41,413 bases of DNA, taken from Candidatus Binatia bacterium (GTDB lineage: Bacteria; Desulfobacterota; Binatia; UBA9968; CAXXLF01). The notes under the pieces are model-generated. The model was not told where the DNA came from. It saw nothing but the letters and a program-made list of their open reading frames with translations, and ran no database searches. The DNA is taken from NCBI GenBank assembly GCA_036443615.1, contig JAZFYO010000457.1, forward strand, positions 1 through 41,413, given 5' to 3'. Within the stretch, counting starts at the first letter, position 1. Each line of letters begins with the position of its first letter. Below, one piece after another: positions 1 to 10,343 of this stretch. The translations under genes and the position numbers were made by a program.

Positions 1-31
1 ATATCTTCTTAACTGATGCCCTAACCTTCAT
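1..31 (-). CDS. rpmJ: 50S ribosomal protein L36, 5' fragment truncated by the window edge
   Basis: The reverse complement of 1-31 reads ATG AAG GTT AGG GCA TCA GTT AAG AAG ATA (MKVRASVKKI), the canonical L36 N-terminus. It is preceded by a GGAAGGGG SD-like run and lies directly downstream of infA, as in the conserved spc/alpha arrangement. It is not in the ORF track because it is too short. Confidence 0.8.
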   Translation of the reverse strand, partial: MKVRASVKKI

Positions 32-42
32 ACGCCCCTTCC

Positions 43-261
43 TTATCTCTCGCGGTAGACTATCCTTCCCCGAGCCAAATCATAAGGAGATAGCTCGATT
101 TTTACCTTATCTCCGGGCAGAATTTTAATATAGTGCATACGCATCTTTCCAGAAATATGAGCTAGAACCTTATGCCCGTTTTCCAGTTCTACCCTGAACA
201 TGGCATTGGGAAGAGTCTCCAGCACCTTTCCCGTTACTTCAATGGCGTCCTCTTTGGGCAT
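43..261 (-). CDS. infA: translation initiation factor IF-1
   Basis: 72-aa ORF with the typical IF-1 S1-fold sequence ([19 protein letters not shown]...ARGRIVYR). It follows map in the conserved order. Confidence 0.97.
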   Translation of the reverse strand: MPKEDAIEVTGKVLETLPNAMFRVELENGHKVLAHISGKMRMHYIKILPGDKVKIELSPYDLARGRIVYRER

Positions 262-308
262 ACCAAATAATAAGTCAGAATCCAGAACTCTTAATACAAA
301 ACTTAATT

Positions 309-1067
309 CTAAATTTTACTTAGAATATACGGGCCATTTTTCGTGACCGCGACCGAATGCTCAAAATGGGCGGCCAAACTTCGATCTTTTGTTACCGCAG
401 TCCAACCATCATCTTTCATCTCGACCTCGCAGCGTCCCGCGTTGACCATTGGTTCAATGGCCAGAACCATACCCTCCATCAGGCGAGGTCCGTGTCCTGG
501 TTCACCATAGTTTGGGATCGGAGGCTCTTCGTGAAGCTTCCTGCCAATCCCATGACCAACAAACTCCCTCACGACCGAGAAACCAGCCGCCTCAACCGTC
601 TTTTGAATCATTGAAGAGAGATCGCCCAGCCTTTTTCCTTCGTGAAGCTCTTCAATACCGAGGGTGAGGGCCTCCTCGGTAACCTGCATTAAGCGCCCTG
701 CCGCATCGCTTACCTTTCCCACTCCCACTGTCACTGCAGCGTCGCCGTAAAACCCCTCGTAAATAACGCCAAAATCAATCCCCACAAGATCCCCTTCTTT
801 AAGGACACGTTTGGATGGGATACCATGCACAATTTCTTCGTTCACAGAGGTACAAAGACTGCAGGGATAAACTCGCCCTGCCATCGTATACCCCTTAAAT
901 GCCGGTCGTGCATTCTTTTTTCGAGTCTGTTCCTCAGCTAAGGCATCCATGTCTAAAGTGGTTATTCCCGGGACGACAGTTCCTTTCAACTCCTCAAGGA
1001 CCTCGGCGACGATCTGGCTTGCTCGCCGCATGATTTCAACCTCCCGAGGTGACTTGAGAAATATCAT
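309..1067 (-). CDS. map: methionine aminopeptidase, type I
   Basis: 252-aa ORF with MetAP pita-bread motifs ([27 protein letters not shown]). It has a 4-nt overlap with adk. Confidence 0.95.
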   Translation of the reverse strand: MIFLKSPREVEIMRRASQIVAEVLEELKGTVVPGITTLDMDALAEEQTRKKNARPAFKGYTMAGRVYPCSLCTSVNEEIVHGIPSKRVLKEGDLVGIDFGVIYEGFYGDAAVTVGVGKVSDAAGRLMQVTEEALTLGIEELHEGKRLGDLSSMIQKTVEAAGFSVVREFVGHGIGRKLHEEPPIPNYGEPGHGPRLMEGMVLAIEPMVNAGRCEVEMKDDGWTAVTKDRSLAAHFEHSVAVTKNGPYILSKI

Positions 1068-1717
1068 GCCCCAACGACCCCTAGCGCTTGAAAAATACGG
1101 CCCTTTATCTCTTCCACGTTTGCCTGTCCGTCGATCTCCTGCAACAGCCCTCTTTTACGATAATAGTCAACCAGCGGCGCGGTTTGAGCTTGATAGACAT
1201 CGTGCCGTGCAGCAATGGTTTCCTTCTTGTCATCTTTTCGCTGATAAAGATCATTATGACAGCGGTCACAGATTCCCTCCCTGCTGGGGGGATCAAAAAC
1301 CAGGTGATAAAGTTTTCCGCAATTTCTGCAGGTCCGACGCCCCGCCAGCCTGCGGATAATAGCGTCCAGGGGTACCTGGATGAACAGCACATGCTCCAGT
1401 TGTAATCCGCGTTTTTTGAGCAATTCCTCCAACCCCGATGCCTGGGGAATCGTCCTCGGAAATCCGTCCAAGACGAAGTCACCTCTACAATTCTCCCGGG
1501 ATAACTGCTTGCCCATAAGCTCCAAAATAAGATTGTCGGGGACTAATTTCCCCTTATCCATGTACTGCGCTGCCTTCTTCCCTATGGGGCTCTTGTCACT
1601 CACTGCCTTTCTTAGAATATCCCCCGTCGAGACATGGGGAACGCCCAACTGCCCTTCGAGAAGTTTGGCCTGGGTTCCTTTACCTGCACCTGGCGGCCCC
1701 AAGAGAACCACGCGCAC
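1064..1717 (-). CDS. adk: adenylate kinase with Cys4 zinc lid
   Basis: 217-aa ORF with P-loop GPPGAGKGTQ and lid CRNCG...CDRC. It sits between secY and map as in the spc cluster. Confidence 0.96.
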   Translation of the reverse strand: MRVVLLGPPGAGKGTQAKLLEGQLGVPHVSTGDILRKAVSDKSPIGKKAAQYMDKGKLVPDNLILELMGKQLSRENCRGDFVLDGFPRTIPQASGLEELLKKRGLQLEHVLFIQVPLDAIIRRLAGRRTCRNCGKLYHLVFDPPSREGICDRCHNDLYQRKDDKKETIAARHDVYQAQTAPLVDYYRKRGLLQEIDGQANVEEIKGRIFQALGVVGA

Positions 1718-1739
1718 TGCCTCCCCTCCCAGTTTATGC

Positions 1740-3050
1740 CTAAGCCCTTCTCCCTCGGAGACGACCTCGCTTCATGAACCCCTCATAGTTTCGAGAAATC
1801 ATATGTGTCTCAATCTGGGCCACAGTGTCCAGAGCAACCCCTACCACAATGAGAAGCGCCGTTCCTCCGAAGAAGAAAGGGACGTTCAGCTGCCTAATAA
1901 GAATAGTCGGCAAAAGCGCTACAATCGAAAGGTATAGAGCTCCGCCCAGGGTGATCCTTGACAGGACCCGGTCAATAAAGTCCGCTGTCTTTTGCCCCGG
2001 CCGTATCCCGGGTATATACCCTCCGTATTTTCTCATGTTCTCCGCCACATCGACAGGATTAAAAACCACTGCCGTATAGAAATAGCAGAAAAAAATAATC
2101 AAGCCTACATAAAGAATGTCATTCAGCGCACGCCCAGGGGCCATGTACCCCGCCGCCGCCTGGGCCCAAGGATGTTGTACAAACTGAGCCACCGTTGCGG
2201 GAAAGATCAGGACCGATGAGGCAAAGATGACAGGGATCACTCCGGAGGTGTTGATCTTGAGCGGCAGGTGAGAACTCTGACCCCCGTACATCTTACGGCC
2301 CACCACCCTCTTTGCGTACTGGACGGGAATCCGCCTCTGACCCCTTTCCATGAAAATGATGACTCCCACCACAGCCACCACTAGCGCCAAGACAAAGATC
2401 ATCAGAAATATTCCCAGCTCCCCCTCTCTAACAAACTGACCTGTGGCCGCTATTGCTGACGGAAGCCGAGACACTATACCTGCAAAAATGACTAGAGAAA
2501 TTCCATTCCCTATCCCTCGCTCCGTGATCTGCTCCCCAAGCCACATAATGAAGGCTGTCCCGGATGTCAGGGTGAGGACCGTCATCAAACGAAAGTTCCA
2601 CCCCGGCTCCAAGGCAATGGCTTCCCCTCCGGGTGCTCGGGTTCCTTCCAGCCCGAAACTGATCATCAAACCCTGAATTATCGAAAGAATGACGGTTCCA
2701 TAACGAGTGTACTGTGTGATCTTCCTGCGACCTACTTCCCCTTCTTTAGATAGACGCTCTAAATAGGGAAAGACCACGGTCAGAAGCTGGAGGATAATCG
2801 AGGCGCTGATATAGGGCATAATGCCCAAAGAAAAGACTGAAAACTGCTCAAACGCCCCACCAGAAAAGAGGTTGAACAAACCAAAGAGGGTATTTTCAAC
2901 CGTCTCGAAAAAAGCAGCCAGGGCTTCCCGATTAATTCCTGGGCTCGGGATCGCCACACCCACACGATAAACTGCCAGCATGGCTAGGGTGAAAAGAATC
3001 CTGCGCCTTAGCTCGGGAACCTTGGTAGCGTTTTGAAAACCTTCAAGCAT
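1740..3050 (-). CDS. secY: preprotein translocase subunit SecY
   Basis: 436-aa polytopic membrane ORF with SecY-type sequence ([24 protein letters not shown]). It overlaps the rplO end by 8 nt. Confidence 0.97.
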   Translation of the reverse strand: MLEGFQNATKVPELRRRILFTLAMLAVYRVGVAIPSPGINREALAAFFETVENTLFGLFNLFSGGAFEQFSVFSLGIMPYISASIILQLLTVVFPYLERLSKEGEVGRRKITQYTRYGTVILSIIQGLMISFGLEGTRAPGGEAIALEPGWNFRLMTVLTLTSGTAFIMWLGEQITERGIGNGISLVIFAGIVSRLPSAIAATGQFVREGELGIFLMIFVLALVVAVVGVIIFMERGQRRIPVQYAKRVVGRKMYGGQSSHLPLKINTSGVIPVIFASSVLIFPATVAQFVQHPWAQAAAGYMAPGRALNDILYVGLIIFFCYFYTAVVFNPVDVAENMRKYGGYIPGIRPGQKTADFIDRVLSRITLGGALYLSIVALLPTILIRQLNVPFFFGGTALLIVVGVALDTVAQIETHMISRNYEGFMKRGRLRGRRA

Positions 3051-3492
3051 ATGGAAGCGATTCTGTCCGTCCGCCTACACTCTCGATCTTTTCCTTTGCC
3101 TTCGATGAAAAACCATGGGCCCTAACAGTCAGAGGTTTACTAAGGGTCCCCTCACCCAAGATCTTGACCGCCTTGGCTTTCTTTCGTACCAATCCCCTCC
3201 CGTGCATAAGCTCTGGTGAAATCTCACTTCCAGAGTCAAAGACCTCCAGCTGCCCAACATTGACCAAGGCATAATTCTTTTTAAACGGGTTATGGAATCC
3301 CCGTTTTGGAATACGCCTTTGAAGCGGCATCTGACCACCCTCGAACCCCGGTCTCACCCCTGCTCCTGCGCGAGCCCCTTGCCCTTTATGACCTCGGCCA
3401 GAGGTCTTTCCATGCCCTGAACCTTTTCCCCGCCCCACCCGTTTCCTCTTTTTGTGCGACCCGGGCAAAGGCGATAAGTACCGTAAATCCAT
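3043..3492 (-). CDS. rplO: 50S ribosomal protein L15
   Basis: 149-aa ORF with the G/R/K-rich N-terminus [22 protein letters not shown] typical of L15. It lies upstream of secY. Confidence 0.96.
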   Translation of the reverse strand: MDLRYLSPLPGSHKKRKRVGRGKGSGHGKTSGRGHKGQGARAGAGVRPGFEGGQMPLQRRIPKRGFHNPFKKNYALVNVGQLEVFDSGSEISPELMHGRGLVRKKAKAVKILGEGTLSKPLTVRAHGFSSKAKEKIESVGGRTESLPYA

Positions 3493-3505
3493 TACCGAGC
3501 CTTCC

Positions 3506-4003
3506 CTAGCGAATATCCCCCAGATCCTTTCCTCTCAAGGCAGCAACCTCTTCGGGAGTCCTAAGCCCCTTCAGGGCCTCAAGGGTCGCCTTGACCATGT
3601 TATGAGGATTGTTGGACCCAAGACACTTTGTAAGCACATTCTGAATCCCTGCAGCTTCCACTACTGCCCGAATCCCTCCCCCAGCTATCACTCCGGTCCC
3701 TTTGGACGCAGGCTTGAGGATCACATAACCCGCACCGAAACTACCTAAGACCTCAAAGGGTATTGTTCCATCGACAATAGCGACCTTAATTAGACTTTTT
3801 TTGGCCTTCTCAACCCCCTTACGAATGGCTTCCGGTACCTCTTTGGCCTTTCCCAAACCAAATCCGACGTGCGACTTTCCATCTCCTGCAACCACCAGTG
3901 CACTAAAACTGAAGCGCCTGCCGCCCTTCACCACCTTCGCCACGCGATTGATGTGAACGACCTTGTCCTTTATTTCTAAACCCTGTGGATCAATTCGTTC
4001 CAA
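3506..4003 (-). CDS. rpsE: 30S ribosomal protein S5
   Basis: 165-aa ORF with the S5 motif [16 protein letters not shown]. It lies between rplR and rplO. Confidence 0.97.
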   Translation of the reverse strand: MERIDPQGLEIKDKVVHINRVAKVVKGGRRFSFSALVVAGDGKSHVGFGLGKAKEVPEAIRKGVEKAKKSLIKVAIVDGTIPFEVLGSFGAGYVILKPASKGTGVIAGGGIRAVVEAAGIQNVLTKCLGSNNPHNMVKATLEALKGLRTPEEVAALRGKDLGDIR

Positions 4004-4015
4004 TGGTCACCCGTA

Positions 4016-4381
4016 TCAAAAATCTAAACCACCCTCTCGCGCTGCCTCTGCCAAGGCCTTGACACGGCCGTGAAAGAGAAAACCGTTACGATCAAAAACC
4101 ACACGTTTAATGCCTTTCTCCTTACAAACCTGCGCCAATCGGGCTCCCACCTGTTTTGCCGCCTCCACCCTTTTTGTCTTCTGCAGCTTTTCCTTAAACT
4201 CTTTGGAAAGGCTCGAGACCGACAACAAGGTTGCCTCTTTCTCATCAGAAATGACCTGCGCATAAATATGCTTGAGACTACGAAATACACAAATACGAGG
4301 CCGGTCATCTGTGCCCAGAACCTTTTTACGGACCCTCTTTTGCCTCCTTTTGCGCCCCAGGTTCCTCTGATCGCTCAGCAT
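4016..4381 (-). CDS. rplR: 50S ribosomal protein L18
   Basis: 121-aa ORF with L18-type sequence ([18 protein letters not shown]...[24 protein letters not shown]). Confidence 0.96.
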   Translation of the reverse strand: MLSDQRNLGRKRRQKRVRKKVLGTDDRPRICVFRSLKHIYAQVISDEKEATLLSVSSLSKEFKEKLQKTKRVEAAKQVGARLAQVCKEKGIKRVVFDRNGFLFHGRVKALAEAAREGGLDF

Positions 4382-4428
4382 AAGTTCCTCTACGAATTCG
4401 CTTTCGATCCGAAATTGAGAGATCCCGC

Positions 4429-4974
4429 CTAGCCAGCAGCCCCCACGGTCTTCCCAGCCTTACGGCGTATCACCTCTTCCTGATATTTAATCCCTTTACC
4501 CTTATAGGGCTCCGGGGGCCTAAGACGCCGAATCATGGCTGCAGTCTGCCCTAAAAGCTGTTTGTCCGGACATTCAAGAGTAATCATAGTCTGCCGGTCA
4601 ACGGTAGCCGTGACTCCAGGTGGCAAAGGAAATTCGACAGGACGAGAATAACCCAGAGTGAGATTCAGCACTTTCCCCTTGACCTCCGCTCGATAGCCTA
4701 CGCCGTTTATCTCTAAAACGCGCTTAAAGCTTTTACTCACCCCCTCCACCATGTTGGCGATGAGTTTTCGCGTCAAACCATGCAGCCCCTTATCCCCAGC
4801 TGTTTCCTCCTCGCGACCCACCTGGAGCTCCTTTTCCTCCACCTTGACCCAAATTCTTGCTGGGACAGACACGTTCAGTTTGCCCTTGGGTCCCTCTACG
4901 TAGACCACCCCGTCTTTTAACCCGACCTTGACACCTGCGGGAATCGGTACTGGTTGCTTTCCGACACGAGACAT
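4429..4974 (-). CDS. rplF: 50S ribosomal protein L6
   Basis: 181-aa ORF starting [17 protein letters not shown], in the conserved spc position. Confidence 0.96.
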   Translation of the reverse strand: MSRVGKQPVPIPAGVKVGLKDGVVYVEGPKGKLNVSVPARIWVKVEEKELQVGREEETAGDKGLHGLTRKLIANMVEGVSKSFKRVLEINGVGYRAEVKGKVLNLTLGYSRPVEFPLPPGVTATVDRQTMITLECPDKQLLGQTAAMIRRLRPPEPYKGKGIKYQEEVIRRKAGKTVGAAG

Positions 4975-4992
4975 TGATACCTCAAATGTGCC

Positions 4993-5397
4993 TTACCACA
5001 CAGAGCAAAGCAGCTCGCCTCCAACCCTCTCCTTCTTCGCCTGCCTATCCACAAGAAGCCCCTTGGGCGTTGAAAGGATATTGATACCCAGCCCCTTCCG
5101 GACGGCAGGGATCTCCTGACTTCCCACGTAGATCCTGCGTCCAGGCCGACTGACTCGCTTGAGACCAGTGATGACTGGTCTATTGTTCGTGTCAAACTTC
5201 AGCTGGACACGCAATGCCTCACCTGTCTTGTCTTTCAGCCTGACCCTCTTGACCTCCCGTACATAACCCTCCGCTTCCAACAGACTGGCAATGCTCTCTT
5301 TGATGCGGGACCATGGGACATCTACCTCCTGATGGCGAGCTTGGCAGGCGTTACGAATCCGAGTCAGCATGTCTGCAATGGGATCTGTCATACTCAT
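4993..5397 (-). CDS. rpsH: 30S ribosomal protein S8
   Basis: 134-aa ORF with DPIADMLTRIRNA near the N-terminus and a C-terminal GGELLCSVW. Confidence 0.96.
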   Translation of the reverse strand: MSMTDPIADMLTRIRNACQARHQEVDVPWSRIKESIASLLEAEGYVREVKRVRLKDKTGEALRVQLKFDTNNRPVITGLKRVSRPGRRIYVGSQEIPAVRKGLGINILSTPKGLLVDRQAKKERVGGELLCSVW

Positions 5398-5413
5398 AGT
5401 TACTCCTGAACAG

Positions 5414-5599
5414 CTACCAGCTCGCTTTGGTCAAGCCTGGAATCTCTCCCTTTCGGGCAAATTCCCTGAGACAAATTCGACACAGGCGAAAGCGCCGGTA
5501 AAAGGCCCGCGAGCGGCCACAGATGGGACAGCGGTTATAACCCCTTACCTTGAACTTCGGGGGTCTTTCCGCTTTGACTCGAAGACACTTCTTGGCCAC
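5414..5599 (-). CDS. rpsZ: 30S ribosomal protein S14, zinc-binding type Z (61 aa)
   Basis: Contains the [20 protein letters not shown] zinc ribbon and ends in W. The ORF track starts at 5623 (69 aa), but a GTG at 5599 gives the canonical AKKCLRVK N-terminus. That start lies 13 nt after the rplE stop and follows a GGGGGGA run. The 5623 start remains an alternative. Confidence 0.9.
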   Translation of the reverse strand: MAKKCLRVKAERPPKFKVRGYNRCPICGRSRAFYRRFRLCRICLREFARKGEIPGLTKASW

Positions 5600-5612
5600 C
5601 CTTGGTCCCCCC

Positions 5613-6155
5613 CTAACTGGCAAATGGCATACCGAAATACTTCAGCAACGACCTTCCCTCTTGGTTGGTTCTGGCCCCGGTGACAATTGAAACCGTTAGT
5701 CCATGAACCTTCTCCACCGTGTCAATATTGATCTCCGGAAAAAAGATCTGCTCTCCGATCCCAAGCGAGTAATTACCGTGCCCATCAAAGGAACGGTCTG
5801 AAAGCCCCCTGAAATCTCTGACCTGAGGCAAGGCGACATTAATCAACCGGTCCAGAAACTCATACATTCGCTCTCTCCTCAACGTCAGCATGCAGCCAAT
5901 AGGAGTCCCCACCCGCAACTTGAAATTAGAGATGTCCTTTTTAGCTCGCGTGATCACCGGCTTCTGTCCGGCAATGGCCATCAGCTCAGCCACGGCCACA
6001 TCTAGGACCTTAATGTTTTGAATGGCCTCACCCATACCAACGTTCAAAGTGATCTTCTCTAACCGAGGCACTACTAATCGGTTTTCATACCCGAAGTCTT
6101 TCATCATTGCCGGGACGATCTCTTCGTCATACAATTTCTTCAAACGCCCCATCAA
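5613..6155 (-). CDS. rplE: 50S ribosomal protein L5
   Basis: 180-aa ORF with L5-type sequence ([22 protein letters not shown]...RDFRGL). Confidence 0.96.
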   Translation of the reverse strand: MMGRLKKLYDEEIVPAMMKDFGYENRLVVPRLEKITLNVGMGEAIQNIKVLDVAVAELMAIAGQKPVITRAKKDISNFKLRVGTPIGCMLTLRRERMYEFLDRLINVALPQVRDFRGLSDRSFDGHGNYSLGIGEQIFFPEINIDTVEKVHGLTVSIVTGARTNQEGRSLLKYFGMPFAS

Positions 6156-6216
6156 AATTCCTACCTGACCAAGATGAAATCAACTGACGGCAATGTCATG
6201 CCGAGCTCACCTCGGT

Positions 6217-6534
6217 TTATTCCAAATGATCACCACAGCGGCGACAGACTCGAACCTTCTCTCCGTCCTCAAGGATCTTTTTGCCGACCCGAACCGGGGC
6301 ATTACACCTGTCACACATCAGCATAAGATTAGAGATGTGGATGGAGGCTTCTTTCTCCAAAATGCCCCCCGGGACCTGCGGTCCCCGCGGTCGCGTGTGG
6401 CGCTTCACCAAGTTGACCCGCTCGATCAAGGCTCGCCCTTTATTTGGCAGGACCTTAAGTACCTTGCCCGTCTTCCCCCGTTCCTTACCGGCAATAACCA
6501 TGACGCTATCGTTCTTATGAATATGTAAAGCCAT
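6217..6534 (-). CDS. rplX: 50S ribosomal protein L24
   Basis: 105-aa ORF with the KOW motif [24 protein letters not shown]. Confidence 0.95.
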   Translation of the reverse strand: MALHIHKNDSVMVIAGKERGKTGKVLKVLPNKGRALIERVNLVKRHTRPRGPQVPGGILEKEASIHISNLMLMCDRCNAPVRVGKKILEDGEKVRVCRRCGDHLE

Positions 6535-6535
6535 A

Positions 6536-6907
6536 TCAAAGCACCTCTGGGGCCAGTGATATAATCTTCATAAACCTCTTCGCCCTAAGCTCACGGGCAA
6601 CCGGTCCAAAGATGCGAGTACCCACAGGTTCCCGTTGGTTATCGATGAGAACCGCAGAGTTGCTATCAAACCTTATATAAGTTCCATCTGAGCGGCCTAT
6701 CTCCTTCGCGGTTCGGACAACCACGGCCTTCATCACGTCCCCTTTCTTCACCTTGGCGTTCGGAATCGCCTCCTTAATTGAAACCACAATGATATCTCCA
6801 ATAGAAGCGTACTTGCGCTTGCTCCCTCCAAGCACTTTAATACACTGAACCTTCCTGGCTCCCGAGTTGTCTGCAACGTTCAATACCGTGCTCATCTGAA
6901 CCATCAA
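6536..6907 (-). CDS. rplN: 50S ribosomal protein L14
   Basis: 123-aa ORF with [20 protein letters not shown]. The true start may be the second Met, 3 nt downstream. Confidence 0.97.
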   Translation of the reverse strand: MMVQMSTVLNVADNSGARKVQCIKVLGGSKRKYASIGDIIVVSIKEAIPNAKVKKGDVMKAVVVRTAKEIGRSDGTYIRFDSNSAVLIDNQREPVGTRIFGPVARELRAKRFMKIISLAPEVL

Positions 6908-6927
6908 CCCACCTCATCACGAAAAAC

Positions 6928-7233
6928 TTAAAGGACAGGGGACGAAGCGGAAACAGCAGACTCTTTTCCACCAGTCGCAACGGCACGCGCCAAGGTTCGA
7001 CAAACCCGCCAGCGTTTCTCATGGCTCATAGGCCGGCATTCCACAATCAGCACTCGATCCCCTATTTGACATTCATCCTTTTCATCATGCGCTTTAACCT
7101 TATTCCAGCGCTTGAGGAATTTTTTGTACTTCGGATGCTTGACCCTCCTCTCAATAGAAATCACAACGGTCTTCCGCATCCGGTTGCTCGTTACCACCCC
7201 TTCGCGTTCCTTCCTCATTCCCCTTTGGCTCAT
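6928..7233 (-). CDS. rpsQ: 30S ribosomal protein S17
   Basis: 101-aa ORF with REGVVTSNRMRKTVVISIERRVKHPKYKK. It has a 4-nt overlap with rpmC. Confidence 0.95.
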   Translation of the reverse strand: MSQRGMRKEREGVVTSNRMRKTVVISIERRVKHPKYKKFLKRWNKVKAHDEKDECQIGDRVLIVECRPMSHEKRWRVCRTLARAVATGGKESAVSASSPVL

Positions 7234-7442
7234 CCTGCTTTTTCTCCTACTCCTTGGATTTCCCTCTCTCTCAAGATGGTCTCCAGGCGCGCCAAATCCC
7301 GCTTTATCTGCCTTAGCTTCATCGGGCTCTCCAGTTGTCCCGTCGCCTTTCTTAGACGTAAATGAAAGGCCCCCTCTTTCAACTCCCGCCGTTTTAGGGC
7401 TAGTTCATCACCGCTCATCTCCCGAAACTGCTTCGCCTCCAT
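7230..7442 (-). CDS. rpmC: 50S ribosomal protein L29
   Basis: 70-aa ORF with L29-type helical sequence (ELKEGAFHLRLRKATGQLESP), between rplP and rpsQ. Confidence 0.94.
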   Translation of the reverse strand: MEAKQFREMSGDELALKRRELKEGAFHLRLRKATGQLESPMKLRQIKRDLARLETILREREIQGVGEKAG

Positions 7443-7445
7443 GAA

Positions 7446-7856
7446 TCATCCTCTCCGCTGCACAAAAAGGGTAGGAACCGATATCTTGTGAGAGGCCAAG
7501 CGGAAGGCCTCTCGCGCTGCATCCCCCTGGATCCCTTCCATTTCAAAGAGGATCCGCCCAGGTTTAACCACCGCCACCCAACTCTCCGGGGCACCCTTCC
7601 CTTTCCCCATGCGGACCTCGGCCGGCTTCTTTGTTATAGGCTTATCCGGAAAAACACGGATCCAAACCTTACCGCCACGCTTGAGCGAACGAGTGAGAGC
7701 GATCCGAGCCGCCTCGATCTCTCGGGCAGTAAGCCAACCTCGGCCCAGGGCCTTCAGCCCATAGTCCCCGAAGGCCAAGGTAGCCCCTCTAGTGGCCATC
7801 CCATGTCTTCTCCCCTTTTGTTGCTTACGATACTTTACTTTTCCTGGCTCTAGCAT
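7446..7856 (-). CDS. rplP: 50S ribosomal protein L16
   Basis: 136-aa ORF starting [16 protein letters not shown], the canonical L16 N-terminus. Confidence 0.97.
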   Translation of the reverse strand: MLEPGKVKYRKQQKGRRHGMATRGATLAFGDYGLKALGRGWLTAREIEAARIALTRSLKRGGKVWIRVFPDKPITKKPAEVRMGKGKGAPESWVAVVKPGRILFEMEGIQGDAAREAFRLASHKISVPTLFVQRRG

Positions 7857-7922
7857 ATTTCAAATCCAAGCACTCAGCCGTCGGCGTTTAGCCTAACCTT
7901 CTGGCTGATTGCCAACAGCTAA

Positions 7923-8112
7923 CCCCGATCCGAAATTAATCAGTCCAAAAAATTCTCACTAATGCACATCAGGCCGCAATAAAGACCTGTTTGTAGTGTG
8001 AACCGGCAACTCACCTCCAGTATAGTGGCAGATCGAAGATCATAATGTCGCTAATTGCTGCTCTATGTTGCTCCAAACGGGGTATGCCTCGATTATTTTT
8101 TACGGATCGGGG
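7923..8112. mobile_element. MITE-like non-autonomous element: 190 bp, perfect 10-bp terminal inverted repeats, flanking CTAA direct repeat
   Basis: CCCCGATCCG at 7923-7932 and its exact reverse complement CGGATCGGGG at 8103-8112. CTAA lies immediately outside both ends (7919-7922 and 8113-8116). The subterminal AT-rich segments are imperfectly inverted (AAATTAATCAG versus AAAATAATCGAG). The interior is AT-richer than its surroundings and has no ORF of 60 aa or more. It sits in an abnormally long 278-nt rpsC-rplP spacer. Confidence 0.5.
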
Positions 8113-8134
8113 CTAATGACTGACTGCTTTTTTC

Positions 8135-8797
8135 TTATACCCCCAATGCCGCTTTTTGCTGTTCCTCCTCCTTGGTCAGCACTTCGCCCCGAAAGATCCA
8201 AACCTTAACTCCAATCAATCCGTAGGTGGTCCGAGCCTCAGCCAGCCCATAGTTCACATCCGCCCTCAAGGTATGCAGAGGGACCCGCCCCTCGCGATAC
8301 CACTCGGTCCGGGCAATTTCGTTTCCTCCCAATCTTCCGGCACACTGAATCCTGATCCCTTGTGCGCCCATTCGCATGGCCCGGGAGACACTCTCTTTCA
8401 TGGCCCGACGGAAGGCTACACGACGCTCTAACTGTAAAGCCACGTTCTCTGCCACGAGCTGTCCGTCCAGGTCCGGGCGGCGGACCTCGTGGATGTTGAT
8501 ATAGATCTCCCCAGTAGTTAGGCGGGACAGTTCTTCTTTCAGTTTCTCGATTTCTGCGCCCTTTTTACCAATGACGATCCCCGGGCGAGCCGTGTGAATG
8601 TTAATCTTCGCCTTGTTCGTAGCCCTCTCGATCTCGATCTTCGAGATCCCGGCGTGATAGACACGACCCTTTACAAACTTCTTTATCTTAAAATCCTCAT
8701 GGAGCAGCTTCGTATAGTCATGATCTGCATACCATTTGGAGTCCCACGACTCTGTCACTCCCATGCGAAAGATTTTAGGATGCGTTTTCTGGCCCAT
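8135..8797 (-). CDS. rpsC: 30S ribosomal protein S3
   Basis: 220-aa ORF starting [14 protein letters not shown], with a KH domain and S3 C-terminal domain sequence. Confidence 0.97.
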   Translation of the reverse strand: MGQKTHPKIFRMGVTESWDSKWYADHDYTKLLHEDFKIKKFVKGRVYHAGISKIEIERATNKAKINIHTARPGIVIGKKGAEIEKLKEELSRLTTGEIYINIHEVRRPDLDGQLVAENVALQLERRVAFRRAMKESVSRAMRMGAQGIRIQCAGRLGGNEIARTEWYREGRVPLHTLRADVNYGLAEARTTYGLIGVKVWIFRGEVLTKEEEQQKAALGV

Positions 8798-8802
8798 AGG
8801 TC

Positions 8803-9138
8803 CTATGTCCTTTCATCGATCACAACCGTAACGTGGCTCAGGCGCTTTCGAATGCGTGTAGCCCTACCCTGGGCTCGAGGCATAAAGCGCTTCCACATGC
8901 CTCCCTCATCTACAGCAACCCGCTTGATATAAAGACGATCTACGTCCACGCTTTGCGTGCTCTCAGCGTTGGCAATAGCCGACCGTAGAACCTTGGCCAC
9001 AATCGCTGCCGACCTTTTAGGGGTAAACTTAAGGATGTCGAGGGCCTCCTCAACTTTCTTCCCCCGGATTTGGTCTATCACCAGTCTCGCCCTACGCGGA
9101 GAAACTCGAATGTATTTTAAGATAGCACGTGCCTCCAT
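8803..9138 (-). CDS. rplV: 50S ribosomal protein L22
   Basis: 111-aa ORF with [25 protein letters not shown]. Confidence 0.96.
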   Translation of the reverse strand: MEARAILKYIRVSPRRARLVIDQIRGKKVEEALDILKFTPKRSAAIVAKVLRSAIANAESTQSVDVDRLYIKRVAVDEGGMWKRFMPRAQGRATRIRKRLSHVTVVIDERT

Positions 9139-9147
9139 GATCCTTCA

Positions 9148-9471
9148 CTAAGGTTTGGCCGCGCCAGCAGGTGAACCAGCGGGTGAAACGGTCTCCTTGG
9201 CCTGGCCCTTTCGATCGCCAGAATGGCCATAAAAAGTACGGGTTGGGGCAAACTCCCCGAGCTTATGCCCCACCATATTCTCTGTGATATATACAGGTAT
9301 AAATTTTTTGCCATTATGAACAGCGATCGTTTGGCCAAGCATCTCTGGGATAATCATTGAACGGCGAGACCAAGTCTTCAGAACCCGCTTCTCGTTGGAC
9401 CGACTGATGGCCTCGACCTTTCGTCTCAGGTGATCATCTACAAAAGGCCCCTTTTTGACTGAGCGCGCCAT
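9148..9471 (-). CDS. rpsS: 30S ribosomal protein S19
   Basis: 107-aa ORF with [12 protein letters not shown] and [32 protein letters not shown], plus a short P/A/G-rich C-terminal tail. Confidence 0.96.
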   Translation of the reverse strand: MARSVKKGPFVDDHLRRKVEAISRSNEKRVLKTWSRRSMIIPEMLGQTIAVHNGKKFIPVYITENMVGHKLGEFAPTRTFYGHSGDRKGQAKETVSPAGSPAGAAKP

Positions 9472-9476
9472 AATCC

Positions 9477-10301
9477 TTAGGCCTTTCTTCTCCTTATGAT
9501 GTACTTGTCCGATGGCCGACTCTTTCTCGTCTTATATCCTCTGGTAGGTTTTCCCCAGGGAGTCTGGGGATGGTTACCTTTTGAGCGGCCCTCTCCCCCC
9601 CCATGAGGGTGATCCACCGGATTTTTAGCCATTCCTCGAGTTACAGGTCTGTACCCCAACCAGCGGTTCCTCCCTGCCTTCCCGATGGAGATATTTTCGT
9701 GCTCGACATTACCCACCTGCCCCACAGTGGCCCGGCATTCCGCTAATACGTTTCGTAGCTCCCCGGAGGGGAGCTTCAGAAGCGCATAGGCCCCTTCTTT
9801 GGCCATCAACTGCGCCCCCGCCCCCGCGCTTCGAACCATCTGACCCCCTTTACCAATTTTGAGCTCGATATTGTGTACTATGGTACCGGCGGGGATGAAT
9901 TTAAGTGGCAGTGAATTCCCCGGTTTGATATCCACATCGTCATAACCGGAAATCACCGCATCTCCTACCCGAAGGCCGTCGGAGGCCAGGATGTAACGCC
10001 GCTCCCCATCGGCGTAACAGAGAAGCGCAATTCGGGCGGAACGATTGGGGTCATACTCAATGGCCTCGACCCGTGCAGGGACACCATGCTTAGTCCGCTT
10101 AAAATCAATTACCCGATAAAGACGTCTGTGACCCCCTCCCCTATGATCGCTGGTAATCCTCCCGGTGTTGTTTCGCCCACCGCTGCGCTTCCAAGGCTTC
10201 AGCAAGTTCTTCTGAGGCTTGGATTTTGTAATTTCCTCAAACACAAAACCGGAAGAGAAACGTCTTCCCGGAGAGGTAGGCGCAAAGTTTTTAATGGCCA
10301 T
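9477..10301 (-). CDS. rplB: 50S ribosomal protein L2
   Basis: 274-aa ORF with [16 protein letters not shown] and the typical L2 body. Confidence 0.97.
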   Translation of the reverse strand: MAIKNFAPTSPGRRFSSGFVFEEITKSKPQKNLLKPWKRSGGRNNTGRITSDHRGGGHRRLYRVIDFKRTKHGVPARVEAIEYDPNRSARIALLCYADGERRYILASDGLRVGDAVISGYDDVDIKPGNSLPLKFIPAGTIVHNIELKIGKGGQMVRSAGAGAQLMAKEGAYALLKLPSGELRNVLAECRATVGQVGNVEHENISIGKAGRNRWLGYRPVTRGMAKNPVDHPHGGGEGRSKGNHPQTPWGKPTRGYKTRKSRPSDKYIIRRRKA

Positions 10302-10343
10302 ATCTAGTTACCTTACACCTTGAGCCCCGATGGTTTGCTTTTG

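Noticed and set aside
8045-8116. 23-codon plus-strand mini-ORF (MSLIAALCCSKRGMPRLFFTDRG) inside the MITE-like element; I considered it as a type I toxin-like peptide antisense to the S10 operon.
   Set aside because: There is no convincing SD or promoter. The hydrophobic segment is too short for a membrane helix, and a mini-ORF of this size is expected by chance in AT-rich sequence.
7857-8134. An internal sigma70 promoter inside the rpsC-rplP spacer (for example TATACT at about 8020 on the minus strand).
   Set aside because: No acceptable -35 hexamer lies at 16-19 nt spacing for any of the -10-like hexamers I could find.
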